A stretch of DNA of 64,000 bases from an uncultured bacterium (lineage in GTDB: Bacteria; DUMJ01), in the NCBI GenBank assembly GCA_937958695.1, contig CALGNK010000027.1, forward strand, positions 44-64,043, in the 5' to 3' direction. The stretch's first letter is position 1, and each line of letters opens with the position of its first letter. The notes beneath the pieces are model-generated. The model was not told the origin of the DNA. It saw only the letters and a program-made list of their open reading frames with translations, and ran no database searches. Shown piece by piece: positions 49,779 to 61,336 of this stretch. The position numbers and the translations under genes are program-made.

Positions 49779-50715
49779 TTCCCACTTCTTCCACTATGTA
49801 GTATTCTTCCTTTTGTCCATGAGTTAGATTATTGATCATCTCTCCTAGCAATCCTATAGAAAGAGTTTGAATTCCTAATATCATGCATAGAACACCAAGA
49901 GTAAGAAGAGGCCTATTACCTATGAGGGCACCAGTCAAAAATTTATAGAATACTAGATATAAATTTATAATAAAACCAACAATAAACAATAAAACTCCAG
50001 CTGAACCAAATACATGCATAGGCCTCTTTATAAACCTTGTAAGGAATACAACAGTAAAAAGGTCTAAAAAACCTTTAAAGAGTCTCTCCCAGCCATACTT
50101 AGAGGTCCCAAATCTTCTAGGATGATGTGTTACAACAAGTTCTCCTACTGTAAACCCTTTGCTATAGGCTAAAGCAGGTATATAACGGTGAAGTTCACCG
50201 TAAATATCTAGAGATTTCACAACTTCATTTCTATATGCTTTAAAACCACAATTAAAATCATGAATCTTTACTCCGGTAATCCAAGATGTAAGTTTATTAA
50301 AGAATCTAGAAGGTAAAGTTTTACTCGGGGGATCATGACGTATCTTCTTCCATCCAGAAACTACATCATAACCCTTATTAATCATCTCTATAAATCTAGG
50401 TATCTCTGTAGGATCATCCTGTAGGTCTGCATCCATAGTGATGACTATACTACCCTTAGCCAACTTAAAACCAGCAGAAAGTGCGCTAGACTTACCAAAG
50501 TTTCTCCTAAATCTTACCCCCTTTACTCTACCATCTTCCTTACCCAATCTTTTTATCAACTCAAAAGATCCATCAGTACTGCCATCATCTATAAAAATTA
50601 TCTCAAAAGATAATCCTAGAGGAGAAGTATTCTCTACTATTCCTTTATATAGCGACTCAATAGTCTCTACTTCATTTTTTAGGGGAATCACAAAAGACAC
50701 ATCATACTTATTCAT
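49768..50715 (-). CDS. GT2 polyprenyl-phosphate glycosyltransferase (GtrB/ArnC-like)
   Basis: IDDGSTD, RNFGKS.AL, DADLQDDP, HDFNCGFKAY, HRYIP and two C-terminal TMs. Confidence 0.92.
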   Translation of the reverse strand: MNKYDVSFVIPLKNEVETIESLYKGIVENTSPLGLSFEIIFIDDGSTDGSFELIKRLGKEDGRVKGVRFRRNFGKSSALSAGFKLAKGSIVITMDADLQDDPTEIPRFIEMINKGYDVVSGWKKIRHDPPSKTLPSRFFNKLTSWITGVKIHDFNCGFKAYRNEVVKSLDIYGELHRYIPALAYSKGFTVGELVVTHHPRRFGTSKYGWERLFKGFLDLFTVVFLTRFIKRPMHVFGSAGVLLFIVGFIINLYLVFYKFLTGALIGNRPLLTLGVLCMILGIQTLSIGLLGEMINNLTHGQKEEYYIVEEVGIEE

Positions 50716-51967
50716 TATTAAAACCTCCTAGGAAAAGAAGTACTGCTCCCTGCCCATGTAGAAAAGACCCTAATCTTCTCTTTGCATAATAAATATAATC
50801 CCCAGGACCTGTCCCTTCAGATACACCTAATACGTCTCCCTCTTGGCTAATTCTAGTCTTTATTCCTTTAATAGCCTTACTTACCACATCCATATAACTT
50901 TCACCTACTATTCCTAGTTTGATAGCCCTATATATCCCGTATCCCAAAAGGGCACTACCAGATGTTTCTAAATAAGTGTCTTTCATATTTATAAGTGTAC
51001 GCCACAAACCCGATTTATCTTGAAACTTACTTAAGATACCAATAATATTCTTTACAATAGATCCTATATAATCTTTATCTTCCTCTTCTATATAAGGAAA
51101 TATTTCTACTAATGTAGCCAACATCCATCCATTCCCTCTTGCCCAATAATGCTGTGTTAATGAGAGCGTATTCTCATCCCAGGCATGGTAAAAGAGGGAT
51201 ACATTTGGATTCATTAGGTATTTTATATGGATATATAATTGTCTCAAACCTTCCTCCCTATAGGGCCCCCCCAACCTAACCATAAATGGACATATCATAT
51301 AAACTGTATCAATCCATAGTTGTCTAGTCCCCGACTCGTGCACAATACCACCAGAGGGGAGTCTATCTTTATAGGATAGTATAAAATCACCAAGTTCTTT
51401 AGCCCTTTCTAGATACTTTTCTTCTTTAAACATATCATAAAGGGTCAAAAGGACATCACCTATAGCACATTCATTTACATTCTTTGGCTTTATACCTCTC
51501 TCTATATACCTATCTACCAAAGCCTTTACATATCCCCAATTGCCAGTAGCAAGTAGTCCCTTCATTGCCACAGTCTGTCCCCAAGAATAACCTACAACCC
51601 CGTTTTTTATAGTTCTTTTTGCTATTAGCCTGGTTAGCTCAAGATTATCTAGGGCTAAATTTTTATTCGTTACTCTTAAAAGAGGATAAGAATTATATTT
51701 ATTTTCTATTGCCTGCATTATACGAATAGCCCTATCTATATAGATCTCTGCATTACTAATTCTTCCAGTTTTAAATTCATTCTTAGCTCTAATTATAAGA
51801 TTCTCTACCTCTGTCAAGTCCCAGCCCTTTGACCACTCTACCCTCATATTATGGAATTTGGTTTCTGCATAGGAAAGTTTTTCTAAAAAGTTTCCCGCAT
51901 TAAGGTATCTACAAATCCAGAACATTAATATAGAAATCTGTATAAAAACTATTATCACCTTTTTCAT
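50708..51967 (-). CDS. GH105/GH88 unsaturated glycuronyl hydrolase, exported or membrane-anchored
   Basis: WIDTVYM, YHAWD, WARGNGW, Q..SGLW, ETSGSA and HGQGA motifs; hydrophobic N-terminus. Confidence 0.82.
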   Translation of the reverse strand: MKKVIIVFIQISILMFWICRYLNAGNFLEKLSYAETKFHNMRVEWSKGWDLTEVENLIIRAKNEFKTGRISNAEIYIDRAIRIMQAIENKYNSYPLLRVTNKNLALDNLELTRLIAKRTIKNGVVGYSWGQTVAMKGLLATGNWGYVKALVDRYIERGIKPKNVNECAIGDVLLTLYDMFKEEKYLERAKELGDFILSYKDRLPSGGIVHESGTRQLWIDTVYMICPFMVRLGGPYREEGLRQLYIHIKYLMNPNVSLFYHAWDENTLSLTQHYWARGNGWMLATLVEIFPYIEEEDKDYIGSIVKNIIGILSKFQDKSGLWRTLINMKDTYLETSGSALLGYGIYRAIKLGIVGESYMDVVSKAIKGIKTRISQEGDVLGVSEGTGPGDYIYYAKRRLGSFLHGQGAVLLFLGGFNNE

Positions 51968-52932
51968 TTTTGTCTATCTAGATGTTCCTCATAAGTTCTA
52001 GAAAATATATGAATTCCATCTCCTTTAGTAAAATAAAAAAGGTAATCTGTATTGGAAGGATTCACCGCTGATACTATAGAGGAAAGCCCTGGATTACATA
52101 TAGGTCCTGGAGGAAGACCGTAATGTAGGTAAGTATTATAAGGTGAATCAACCTTAAGATCTTCATAGCTTAAAACAGGTTTAGGCTTATCTAAAGCATA
52201 CTGGACTGTAGCATCACACTGGAGCTTCATCCCAATCTTAAGTCTTTTCAGCAAAACCTGAGCTATTATAGGCCTTTCGCTATCTATCTTGGCTTCCTTT
52301 TCTATAAGAGAGGCAAGAATTACAGCCTCTTTAGGTGTAAGACCTAGATGCTTAGCTTTTTCCTCAAAATCGCTAGGCAGAATCTCTATAAACCTATCTA
52401 AAAATCTCTTTATTACTAACTCAGGTGGACTGTTTAGAAAGAACTCATAAGTATCTGGGAATAAAAAACCTTCGTAAGGTGGTTGTATAAAATAGGGATA
52501 ATTACCCTTAATAGTTCTATTTAAAGCGCTCAAAAACTCTTCCTTGGAAACAATCCCATAGCTAGAAAGTCTTTCTGCTATCTCCCTAGAGTTAAACCCC
52601 TCAGGAATAGTTACCCAAACAGTCTTTGGTTTAGCTTCAAAGATAAATTCAAGCAGTTTATCCAATCTGAGTCCTCTGGGGATATCAAATGTACCGGGGA
52701 TAAATCTCTTTCCATCATCCCCCTTTAATTTAAGTATATAGAGAAATGTCGTTACAGAGGATATAAGTCCCTTCTCTTTTAAAAGAATAGAAATATCTCT
52801 AGCATTCATACCAGGCTTTATAGTTACTGTTTCGGTACCTCTATATGGTAAAGGGGGATATATAAAGAAAGAAGACAAAAAGACTCCTATAAATACAGTT
52901 AATAGAGCTAAACCTAAAACCTTATTCATCAC
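51964..52932 (-). CDS. mltG: Endolytic transglycosylase MltG
   Basis: [47 protein letters not shown] and YLFY motifs. Confidence 0.95.
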   Translation of the reverse strand: MMNKVLGLALLTVFIGVFLSSFFIYPPLPYRGTETVTIKPGMNARDISILLKEKGLISSVTTFLYILKLKGDDGKRFIPGTFDIPRGLRLDKLLEFIFEAKPKTVWVTIPEGFNSREIAERLSSYGIVSKEEFLSALNRTIKGNYPYFIQPPYEGFLFPDTYEFFLNSPPELVIKRFLDRFIEILPSDFEEKAKHLGLTPKEAVILASLIEKEAKIDSERPIIAQVLLKRLKIGMKLQCDATVQYALDKPKPVLSYEDLKVDSPYNTYLHYGLPPGPICNPGLSSIVSAVNPSNTDYLFYFTKGDGIHIFSRTYEEHLDRQK

Positions 52933-54015
52933 CCATTTATCTTAAGCACAACACTTTTAAGATAAGAAGAGATAAAAGTATCTATCTCTCCATCCAATAC
53001 CGCCTGAATATTGCCAACCTCTACCCCGGTTCTATGGTCTTTGACTAAGGTATAGGGATGCAAGATATAGGACCTTATCTGGTTACCCCAAGCAATATCT
53101 CTTCTCTCCCCTTTAATAGCCTGCAACTCTTTTTCCCTCTTCTCTTTCTCTAATGCAAAGAGACGTGCTTTAAGGATTCTCATTGCAGTTTCCCTGTTCT
53201 GATGCTGAGATCTCTCACTTTGACATTCAACAACAATTCCAGTTGGTATATGAGTAATCCTAACTGCAGACTCTGTCTTATTTACATACTGACCACCAGG
53301 TCCGCTAGCCCTGAACGTATCTATCTTTAAATCTTCAGGTCTTATATCTACATCTACTTCATCACCTATATCTGGAATAACATCTACTAAAGCAAAGGAT
53401 GTATGTCTCCTGTGAGCAGCATCAAAGGGAGATATCCTAACCAATCTATGTACACCTCTTTCTGCCTTCAATAAGCCATATGCAAAGTCTCCCTTGACTA
53501 TAAAGGTAGCGCTCTTTATACCTGCCTCTTCTCCAAAAGAGGTATCTACTATTTCTAATTTAAACCCATTTCTCTCTGCCCATCTTGTATACATTCTTAA
53601 GAGCATCTCAGCCCAATCCTGAGCATCAACTCCTCCTGCTCCAGCATGAATAGTAACAACAGCGTTATAACTATCATACTCATCTGTAAAAAGAGCCTGA
53701 AGTTCTAGTTCCTCCAAGAGTCTTCTAGCAGTCTCTAATTCCTGTTTCAACTCCTCTTCTAATGTCTCATCCTCTCCCAATAATTCAGAAAATTCCTTTA
53801 AAGACTCTAATATTCCGGAGAGCTTCTTACCTTTTTCAACAAGTTTTCTCAGTTTATTCAGTTCAGACAAAATCTTCTGGGCTTCTTGAGGATTATTCCA
53901 GAAATCTTCTCTTTGTGTTTCCTCTTCCATAGTAGATACTTTAATACTCTGCTTGTCAAAGATAATCACCCAATTCTAGAAATCTCTTTTCTAATTCAGC
54001 TATTTCTCTCTTCAT
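52929..54015 (-). CDS. prfB: Peptide chain release factor 2 (programmed +1 frameshift)
   Basis: ATG 54015 gives [19 protein letters not shown], then CTT TGA C, and the gene continues in the +1 frame with SPF and GGQ motifs. Confidence 0.97.
53955..53971 (-). promoter_or_regulatory. RF2 autoregulatory +1 frameshift site
   Basis: GGGTGAT TAT CTT TGA C: internal SD-like sequence plus the canonical slip/stop site. Confidence 0.93.
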
Positions 54016-56507
54016 TACTCATCCCTTCCACAACAATATTTGTACTTCTTACCACTACCGCAAGGACAAGGGTCATTTCTACCTATCTTCTTTGTCTTTA
54101 TAGGCTTCTTTATATTGTCCCTAGAAGTCTGAGATATAACTGCTATAGGCTTATTCTCTATTCTTTCTGGCCTGAGTTCTAATCTCATAAGAAATCTAGA
54201 AATATCTCTCCTTATACTAGAGAGCATATCTTGGAATATCTCATAAGCCTCTTTCTTATACTCTATCAGAGGCTCCCTCTGACCATAAGCCCTTAACCCT
54301 ATCCCTTCTTTTAAGAAATCCATATTCTCTAAATGTTCTATCCAATGGGTATCGACTACCCTAAGCATAATAAATTTTTCCGCCTGTCTCAGTAAGTCAG
54401 ACCCTATCTCTCTTTCTTTTTCTTCATACTTAGCATTTATCTTATTTCTAATTAGAGAAATTATCTCATTGTAAGATAATTCCTCTACAGATTTTATATC
54501 CACATCTATATTAAATGTACTCCTTACTTCACTAACAAATCCTTCTAGATCCCACACATCTTTTTTATCTTTTGGTATATAGGTCTCTGCTATCTCTAGT
54601 AGATAGTCATTCATTATCGAAATAACAGATTCTTTTAAATTATCATTAATAAGTATTTTCTTTCGCTCTTGATATATTACCCTACGCTGGGTTTCCATCA
54701 CATCATCGTATTCCAAAAGATGCTTCCTTATATCAAAGTGATAAGATTCTACCTTTTTCTGTGCACTTTCTATAGCTTTAGAGATGATAGGGTGTTCTAT
54801 AGGCTGGTCTTCATCAACACCTAGTTTATCCATAACGCCTCTTATTCTTTCGGAGCCAAACAGTCTCATTAGCTCATCCTCTAAAGAAACATAGAATCTA
54901 GAGGAACCTGGATCCCCCTGTCTTCCAGATCTACCTCGAAGTTGATTATCTATCCTTCTAGACTCATGCCTCTCTGTTCCTATAACATGTAACCCACCAA
55001 GATCTGCAACCCCTTCCCCAAGAACTATATCAACACCTCTACCTGCCATATTTGTAGCTATAGTAACACTACCTTTTTGTCCTGCTTTAGCTATGATCTC
55101 CGCCTCTTTTTCGTGGTATTTAGCATTTAAGACCTGATGAGGTATTCCCAATCTCTTAAGCATAGAACTAAGAAGCTCAGACTTCTCTATAGAACGTGTC
55201 CCTACTAGCACAGGTCTTCCTACCTTATATAAGTCAGCTATCTCATTCACTATAGCCTTAAACTTAGCCTTCTCTGTCTTATATACAGCATCTGGATAGT
55301 CTATACGTATCATTGGCTTATGAGTAGGTATTACTACAACTTCTAATCCGTATATCTTTAGAAACTCATCTGCCTCTGTAGCTGCAGTTCCAGTCATACC
55401 TGCTAACTTTTTATACATCCTAAAGTAATTCTGTAATGTTATAGTCGCTAAGGTCTGCGCTTCCTGTCTTATCTTCAGACCTTCCTTGGCTTCTATTGCT
55501 TGATGAATACCGTCGCTGTACCTCCTACCATACATAAGCCTACCAGTAAATTCATCTACTATAATAACTTCCCCATCTTTAACTATGTAATCAACATCCT
55601 TTTTGAAAAGTTCCTTAGCTTTAAGTGCTGCTACAAGGTAGGAAAGATAATCTATATCATTAACAGCATATATATTCTCTATACCCAAGATCTTCTCTAC
55701 CTTCCTAGCGCCTGAATCAGTTAGACTAACACTTTTAAGCTTTTCATCAACCGTATAATCAACATCCCTTATCAGATTTCTAGCAATATGGGCAAACTGA
55801 TAGTATAAACGGGTAGGTTTTTCTGCCACACCAGAAATGATAAGAGGAGTTCTAGCCTCATCTATAAGAATACTATCAACCTCGTCTACTATAGCATAGT
55901 TAAACTCCCTCTGAACCAGTTCATCTGCACTTAAAGCCATATTATCTCTAAGATAATCAAATCCAAACTCGGTATTAGTCCCATAAGTAATATCTGCACT
56001 ATAAGCTACTTTCCTCTCGCTGGGGGTAGAATCGTGTTGTAAGAGTCCAACAGTAAGGCCAAGGGATTCATATATAGGTCCCATCCAATATCTGTCTCTC
56101 TTAGCCAGATAATCATTTACAGTAACTATATGAACCCCTTCCCCTGTTAGTGCATTTAGATATGCAGGCATAGTAGCAACGAGGGTCTTACCTTCTCCAG
56201 TTTTCATCTCAGCTATCTTCCCTTCATGAAGTACAATAGCACCTATCAGTTGGACATCGAAAGGTCTCATATTAACCTTCCTTTTAGCAACCTCTCTAAC
56301 CACTGCAAATGCTGGGATCATTATTTCATCTAAAGTAGCTCCTTGTTTCAACTTTTCTTTAAATTCTAAGGTCTTCTTTGCCAAATCTTCATCGGAAAGC
56401 TTAGGAACCTCCGGTTCAAGTCTATTTATTTCTTCTACTATACGCCAATATCTTCTTAATTCCCTGTCGGAGCTCTTTCCTATAATCTTCTCTAAAATTT
56501 TAAACAT
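54015..56507 (-). CDS. secA: Preprotein translocase ATPase SecA
   Basis: [41 protein letters not shown] and a C-terminal SEC-C motif. Confidence 0.98.
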   Translation of the reverse strand: MFKILEKIIGKSSDRELRRYWRIVEEINRLEPEVPKLSDEDLAKKTLEFKEKLKQGATLDEIMIPAFAVVREVAKRKVNMRPFDVQLIGAIVLHEGKIAEMKTGEGKTLVATMPAYLNALTGEGVHIVTVNDYLAKRDRYWMGPIYESLGLTVGLLQHDSTPSERKVAYSADITYGTNTEFGFDYLRDNMALSADELVQREFNYAIVDEVDSILIDEARTPLIISGVAEKPTRLYYQFAHIARNLIRDVDYTVDEKLKSVSLTDSGARKVEKILGIENIYAVNDIDYLSYLVAALKAKELFKKDVDYIVKDGEVIIVDEFTGRLMYGRRYSDGIHQAIEAKEGLKIRQEAQTLATITLQNYFRMYKKLAGMTGTAATEADEFLKIYGLEVVVIPTHKPMIRIDYPDAVYKTEKAKFKAIVNEIADLYKVGRPVLVGTRSIEKSELLSSMLKRLGIPHQVLNAKYHEKEAEIIAKAGQKGSVTIATNMAGRGVDIVLGEGVADLGGLHVIGTERHESRRIDNQLRGRSGRQGDPGSSRFYVSLEDELMRLFGSERIRGVMDKLGVDEDQPIEHPIISKAIESAQKKVESYHFDIRKHLLEYDDVMETQRRVIYQERKKILINDNLKESVISIMNDYLLEIAETYIPKDKKDVWDLEGFVSEVRSTFNIDVDIKSVEELSYNEIISLIRNKINAKYEEKEREIGSDLLRQAEKFIMLRVVDTHWIEHLENMDFLKEGIGLRAYGQREPLIEYKKEAYEIFQDMLSSIRRDISRFLMRLELRPERIENKPIAVISQTSRDNIKKPIKTKKIGRNDPCPCGSGKKYKYCCGRDE

Positions 56508-56522
56508 GATTAACTTTTCTCC

Positions 56523-59500
56523 TTAAAATCCTATGACTACCTTTTCTCTATCTTTAGATACTATGCTCTCTATAAAAGATTTATATGAAGGGTATTCATC
56601 TGGTGTAATAAGTATACTTCTAATTTGAAAGACTCTTTCTACCTTTAGAGTATTCCCACTAGCATAAAACTTCATACTATAGTATGCAAAAGGTTTATCC
56701 AATACTAAATCTTCAGGTAGATGTACAATCTTGGAACCTTCTGGAAGTTTGTATGTAACTATGTCTTTAGTAGTATAGGGAGACCAATAATTGATTGGAT
56801 ATTTCCTCTCCTTCTTCGCTACAGATTCGCTTGTTTCTATCCTCTCCATAATTGACGGCAAGAATGAGATCGTGTCTCTGACTACCTGTGCATAGCCTGG
56901 AGCATTAAATGAGTATTTTTCCCAAACATCTACGCCCAAATCCCTAAGGTTAGAAAGCTCATAACCCTCAAGAGTCGCATTGGGGACAAGTGACCTCAAT
57001 GACCACTCTAAGTCCTCTCTTATCTCTCTATCAGAAGCATTCTTCCATACACTTCTAATATATGTATCATAGTATCCCTTAAATGTAACATGTGCTATGC
57101 CTTTGATACTTCCATCTTTAGAGAGGGTAATTTCTATATTCCTAGTCTTTTCATTATCTTCAGGTTTGTCTATAGGTATATCTACAAGTACTGGTTTCCC
57201 TTCATCTATTAATAAAGCCTTAGTCCCCTGATTCATAGATGGGATATAGCCAAAACGAGTATCCTCAGCAGTTCCATCAAGGAAATAGAGCTTGCCGTTA
57301 AGTCTTATTGCACATATTGCATGGTCAAATTGAAATCCTGGAGAATCTAAGGGCAAAGCACCTCTATACCTAGTTCTTACTAAAACATAGTAAGCAGGAA
57401 TACCTAACTCCCTATACATCGAAATTAATAATGTTGCCTTATCTTTACAGTCTCCATACTTATACTTAAATACCTCGCTAGCCTGATGTGGCATAAGTCC
57501 TCTTATTCCATACTCTAAACCAACATATCTGATATTATTTGCTACAAAATAGTATATTGCCTTGGCTTTATCCTCAAGCGTCTCTTTATCCTTAGTAAGC
57601 TCAACCACTTTAGCCTTTATAGCCTCATCAGGTTTTGTCCTAGGATTAGCTATATCGTAATACCAACCGGCAACCTCTTGCCAATCATTAAAAGTAGTTA
57701 TCTCTAATCTGGGAACGACATCAGCTAAAGGAGGCATATAGCTCTCTTGAATAATCTGTGGTGTATTATTCATCTCCCATGTGTATACTATAGTATTACC
57801 TCTCTCCTCAATCTTAGGTTCTAGTTCTCCGTTATACATCTTGTAGTAGAACTTTGTCCCCTTAGGAACTACTAAAGTATATCTAGAGATCAACATTGGA
57901 TCAAAATCTTGGAAGAGGAATTCATCCTGGAAATGTTTCCCAAGTGGACCTCTACCAAGGTCATCTATAGTATAGGCATATTCTATAATTGCATTATTCT
58001 CAAGTGAGGGCATAGATATAACTTTAGCCATAGCATCCGAATATAGATGATAACCTTCAGCCAAGGAAACATCATGTATGGCTGTAGCTTCTACTTCTGT
58101 CCCATCGGGCTTTATTGTCCTAGCCTTTAATATCTTTACCCTCTCACCATAGAGGCTATATGGTATATAGACCTCTCCGTAGATCTCTCTTCCTCTCTCA
58201 TTTAGTATTTTAATTACTTTATGATAGGTTAAAGACGAGGTTCCATCTGGTTTTATAATCCTTTCTGCACTATCAAGAATTATTATAGCCGATGCATCTG
58301 GATAGTCCTTCTGAGTAGGAGTGTCTTTGATAAGTCTAGACACATCAGCAAGTGTATAGCTTTCTTCTTTAAGAAAACTTAGATAATCTTTAAGATATAT
58401 ATTGCCTGGCTCTATCTCCAAAGTCTTCTCCCAATATAAGAAAGCCTTTTCCCTTTGCCCTAATTCATAATAAAGGTTTCCAAGATACTCATATATATCA
58501 GGATGATAAGGAGATATATCGCTGATACTCTCCAATAGTGTAATAGCTTCACTAAACATCTTAGATCTCATATAGAGGTCTACAAGGTCTAAATAGAGAT
58601 TGATATTATAAGGTTCCCTTTCTAACCTCTCCCTTATCATCATAATGGCTTCTTTATAGTTACCAGTACTTCTATATATAGAGATTAAATTCCTAGAGGC
58701 ACTATAAAATGCATTATTTATATCTAGTAGTTTCTTATACACAGAAATTGCATCACTATACCATCCCCTTCTCTCGTATATAAGCCCAAGGACATAGTAA
58801 CTTAGAGGATGTAAAGGATTTATCTTTAGTGACTCAGCGATAGTACTCTCCGCATCTTTAATCCATCCTCTCATAAGATAAGTCCAAGACAGATATGCAT
58901 AGAGCTGAGAATAATTCTTGCCATATTTTAACCCTTCCTGAAATAGCTGAATAGCCTCCTCATACAATTTTTTGTCATATCTATTCCAACCAAGATCCAC
59001 ATACGCTCTAACAAACTCTGGTATAGATACGATGACCTTTCTTAATTCATTAATACCCTCGTCACTTTTGCCTTCATCTAGATAGGTCAAACCAAGAAAA
59101 TAACGAGGGAGAATAGTATCTGAAATCTCTAAAGCCTTAAGAAAACTCTTCTCTGCCCTATCCCAAAGTCCCCTCTTCCTATAGATTATACCTGAATGGA
59201 TTAATGACCAATAATCCTGTGGTATAGTATCTTCTACAAGTACAAATTCAGCCCCTTTCTTAATCTTCTTTGGTTCTAGAGAATATTTTAGATTAGGGAT
59301 AGGACTTCCATCCTTATCGGTAATCCTAAGGACAAATTGCCAAAGTCCATTATCTTCACAGACCTTTACCAGAAGCTTATTCCAACCTTTATTTAATTTA
59401 ACTTTAACTACATCTTGGTCTATGTATATATTTCTATATATATCTTGAGATAAGACCTTAGTATCATTTAGCCAGATACTTAAAGCGCCTGTACTGCCAG

Positions 59501-60173
59501 ACTTAATAAATACCTCTTTATCTGAATCGCTATAGATAAAAGTAAGGGCATAAGCGGTCACTGCATTTGAAGGATAAAGCAAATTCCCAAGCTTCATAAT
59601 CCCAAAGGTAGTCTTACTAGGAAACCATCTTACTTCCATCCCATTCTTGCCAGTATAAATTTTATTAAGGTCTATCTCCTCTTCCGGAGGAAATACCTTA
59701 TAGAATCCAGAACCACCCACATTGTCAAATGGTCCTATTATAAGCCAATCATTAATTAATCCTAATTCGGATATATACTCTTTTGTAGAATTATAATTAC
59801 CAAGACTCATCAAAAACTGTATCTTCTCCCAGTAAAGAGAAGATAATAGTTCAGTACTCTTTGTCCTGCTAATTAATTTGTCTATAAAAGCGAGCGAGGA
59901 CTTATACAATCCTTCTTCATCATACAGCTCACTTAAAAGATACCAATAACTTAAAGAGGAATAATCATTAGGACTCTCCAATAATACCCTTTCCCAGCTC
60001 TCTATAGCCTTTGCATTATCACCCCTTATCCAGGAGTTCCACCCCTCTAATTCTAGAGGATTACTAAGTTCTAGAGCAAACTTTGATCTTGTCTCCTGAG
60101 TAAAAGATATAGAGGGAAGGATAAAAAGAAATATTATCAATAAAGCTAAAATTTTATTCTTCAAACTATACAT
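56523..60173 (-). CDS. Secreted TPR + DUF3857 + transglutaminase-like protein
   Basis: Signal peptide, WLIIGPFDN beta-domain, TPR array, DUF3857-like region, and GDCKDKA / FDHAI / FLDGT catalytic triad motifs. Confidence 0.85.
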   Translation of the reverse strand: MYSLKNKILALLIIFLFILPSISFTQETRSKFALELSNPLELEGWNSWIRGDNAKAIESWERVLLESPNDYSSLSYWYLLSELYDEEGLYKSSLAFIDKLISRTKSTELLSSLYWEKIQFLMSLGNYNSTKEYISELGLINDWLIIGPFDNVGGSGFYKVFPPEEEIDLNKIYTGKNGMEVRWFPSKTTFGIMKLGNLLYPSNAVTAYALTFIYSDSDKEVFIKSGSTGALSIWLNDTKVLSQDIYRNIYIDQDVVKVKLNKGWNKLLVKVCEDNGLWQFVLRITDKDGSPIPNLKYSLEPKKIKKGAEFVLVEDTIPQDYWSLIHSGIIYRKRGLWDRAEKSFLKALEISDTILPRYFLGLTYLDEGKSDEGINELRKVIVSIPEFVRAYVDLGWNRYDKKLYEEAIQLFQEGLKYGKNYSQLYAYLSWTYLMRGWIKDAESTIAESLKINPLHPLSYYVLGLIYERRGWYSDAISVYKKLLDINNAFYSASRNLISIYRSTGNYKEAIMMIRERLEREPYNINLYLDLVDLYMRSKMFSEAITLLESISDISPYHPDIYEYLGNLYYELGQREKAFLYWEKTLEIEPGNIYLKDYLSFLKEESYTLADVSRLIKDTPTQKDYPDASAIIILDSAERIIKPDGTSSLTYHKVIKILNERGREIYGEVYIPYSLYGERVKILKARTIKPDGTEVEATAIHDVSLAEGYHLYSDAMAKVISMPSLENNAIIEYAYTIDDLGRGPLGKHFQDEFLFQDFDPMLISRYTLVVPKGTKFYYKMYNGELEPKIEERGNTIVYTWEMNNTPQIIQESYMPPLADVVPRLEITTFNDWQEVAGWYYDIANPRTKPDEAIKAKVVELTKDKETLEDKAKAIYYFVANNIRYVGLEYGIRGLMPHQASEVFKYKYGDCKDKATLLISMYRELGIPAYYVLVRTRYRGALPLDSPGFQFDHAICAIRLNGKLYFLDGTAEDTRFGYIPSMNQGTKALLIDEGKPVLVDIPIDKPEDNEKTRNIEITLSKDGSIKGIAHVTFKGYYDTYIRSVWKNASDREIREDLEWSLRSLVPNATLEGYELSNLRDLGVDVWEKYSFNAPGYAQVVRDTISFLPSIMERIETSESVAKKERKYPINYWSPYTTKDIVTYKLPEGSKIVHLPEDLVLDKPFAYYSMKFYASGNTLKVERVFQIRSILITPDEYPSYKSFIESIVSKDREKVVIGF

Positions 60174-61332
60174 CTTTCATCATCTCCCCATTATTCAGAT
60201 TATGATTATATATAACTAACCCAGCCCCTACCTTTGGATAAAAATAGGTTGTCTTTTGAGGTAATCTATCCCCCTTCTCCACAACATTCCTTAATGTATC
60301 CATCGATAGTGGGTTAACAATAAAAGCCGACTCATAAGCACCGCTATCTACTAGTGACTTCACCTCTTCTAAGTTATGTGAATAAGCTATAGAAAGGTTA
60401 TCAAAGTTATTTAAAAACTTATGTAAAGAGATGACATTAAGCTCTTCGGTTCTAAACTTAAAGGTTTCTCCTTTCCTGTAATAATAGAGTAAAAACTCAT
60501 CCTGAGTAATCTCTATCGAATCAGCCTTTTCTAAAGAAAAGAAGCCCTTCAACATATCTTCAAAATCCTTAGAAACTCCTTTTATGACTCTATGTGTAGG
60601 CAACAAACTTAATCCTCCACTATAGGCATCGATCAGAAACATCATAACAAAACTATAAGGTCCAGACTTACCATATTCTAGCTCCATTAGTTCTTTGTAT
60701 TCTAATGCTGTTTCATATCTATGATGCCCATCTGCTATAAGTACTATTCTATCTCTAAAGAAGTTCGAAATGTCTTCTAGCATATCATCTACAATCCACA
60801 TGTTGAACCTATCCGAAGAAAACAAAGGTTTTTTTAGCTTAACATTTCTCCACAATTCTTCACTAATACCTACATCATCAAAGTATATACTTAGTATAGG
60901 ACTTATATTTGACTTTATATGCTTTAAAAGATTAAATCTATCTTTCTTAGGTTTCGGAAAGGTAAATTCATGCGGAAGTATAACTCTCTTTTCAAATGGT
61001 TCAACCTTCACAATACCAAAGAATCCTCTCAGTACTCTTTCTTCCCTATCTAGTGTATATACCTCTTCGTAAAAATAGTAGGACGGTCTTTCACTGGGAA
61101 CTAAAGCCTTATCTTTCAGCCAGAGTCTAAGCGTTCTATCTGCTTCCAAATACCTCTCTTCACCATCGCCTAATGGTAACTCTAACCTAACTACATTATA
61201 AGGATGTTTAACATAAAGACTCCTCTGAAGCTCAGGTGAGATAATATCATACGGAGGAGCTATAACATCCTCTAATCTACCTACTATATCCCTATTATAA
61301 GTAAGCCCTATAAATGGTTTCACTTCTGCCAT
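60166..61332 (-). CDS. DUF1015 family protein (ParB/Srx-like core)
   Basis: APPYDII, ILPHE.T, IADGHHRYETA, LPTHR and PQKTTYFYPK motifs. Confidence 0.9.
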   Translation of the reverse strand: MAEVKPFIGLTYNRDIVGRLEDVIAPPYDIISPELQRSLYVKHPYNVVRLELPLGDGEERYLEADRTLRLWLKDKALVPSERPSYYFYEEVYTLDREERVLRGFFGIVKVEPFEKRVILPHEFTFPKPKKDRFNLLKHIKSNISPILSIYFDDVGISEELWRNVKLKKPLFSSDRFNMWIVDDMLEDISNFFRDRIVLIADGHHRYETALEYKELMELEYGKSGPYSFVMMFLIDAYSGGLSLLPTHRVIKGVSKDFEDMLKGFFSLEKADSIEITQDEFLLYYYRKGETFKFRTEELNVISLHKFLNNFDNLSIAYSHNLEEVKSLVDSGAYESAFIVNPLSMDTLRNVVEKGDRLPQKTTYFYPKVGAGLVIYNHNLNNGEMMKDV

Positions 61333-61336
61333 AGAA

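Noticed and set aside
52929-54015. prfB as a pseudogene
   Set aside because: The in-frame TGA is the canonical programmed +1 frameshift site.
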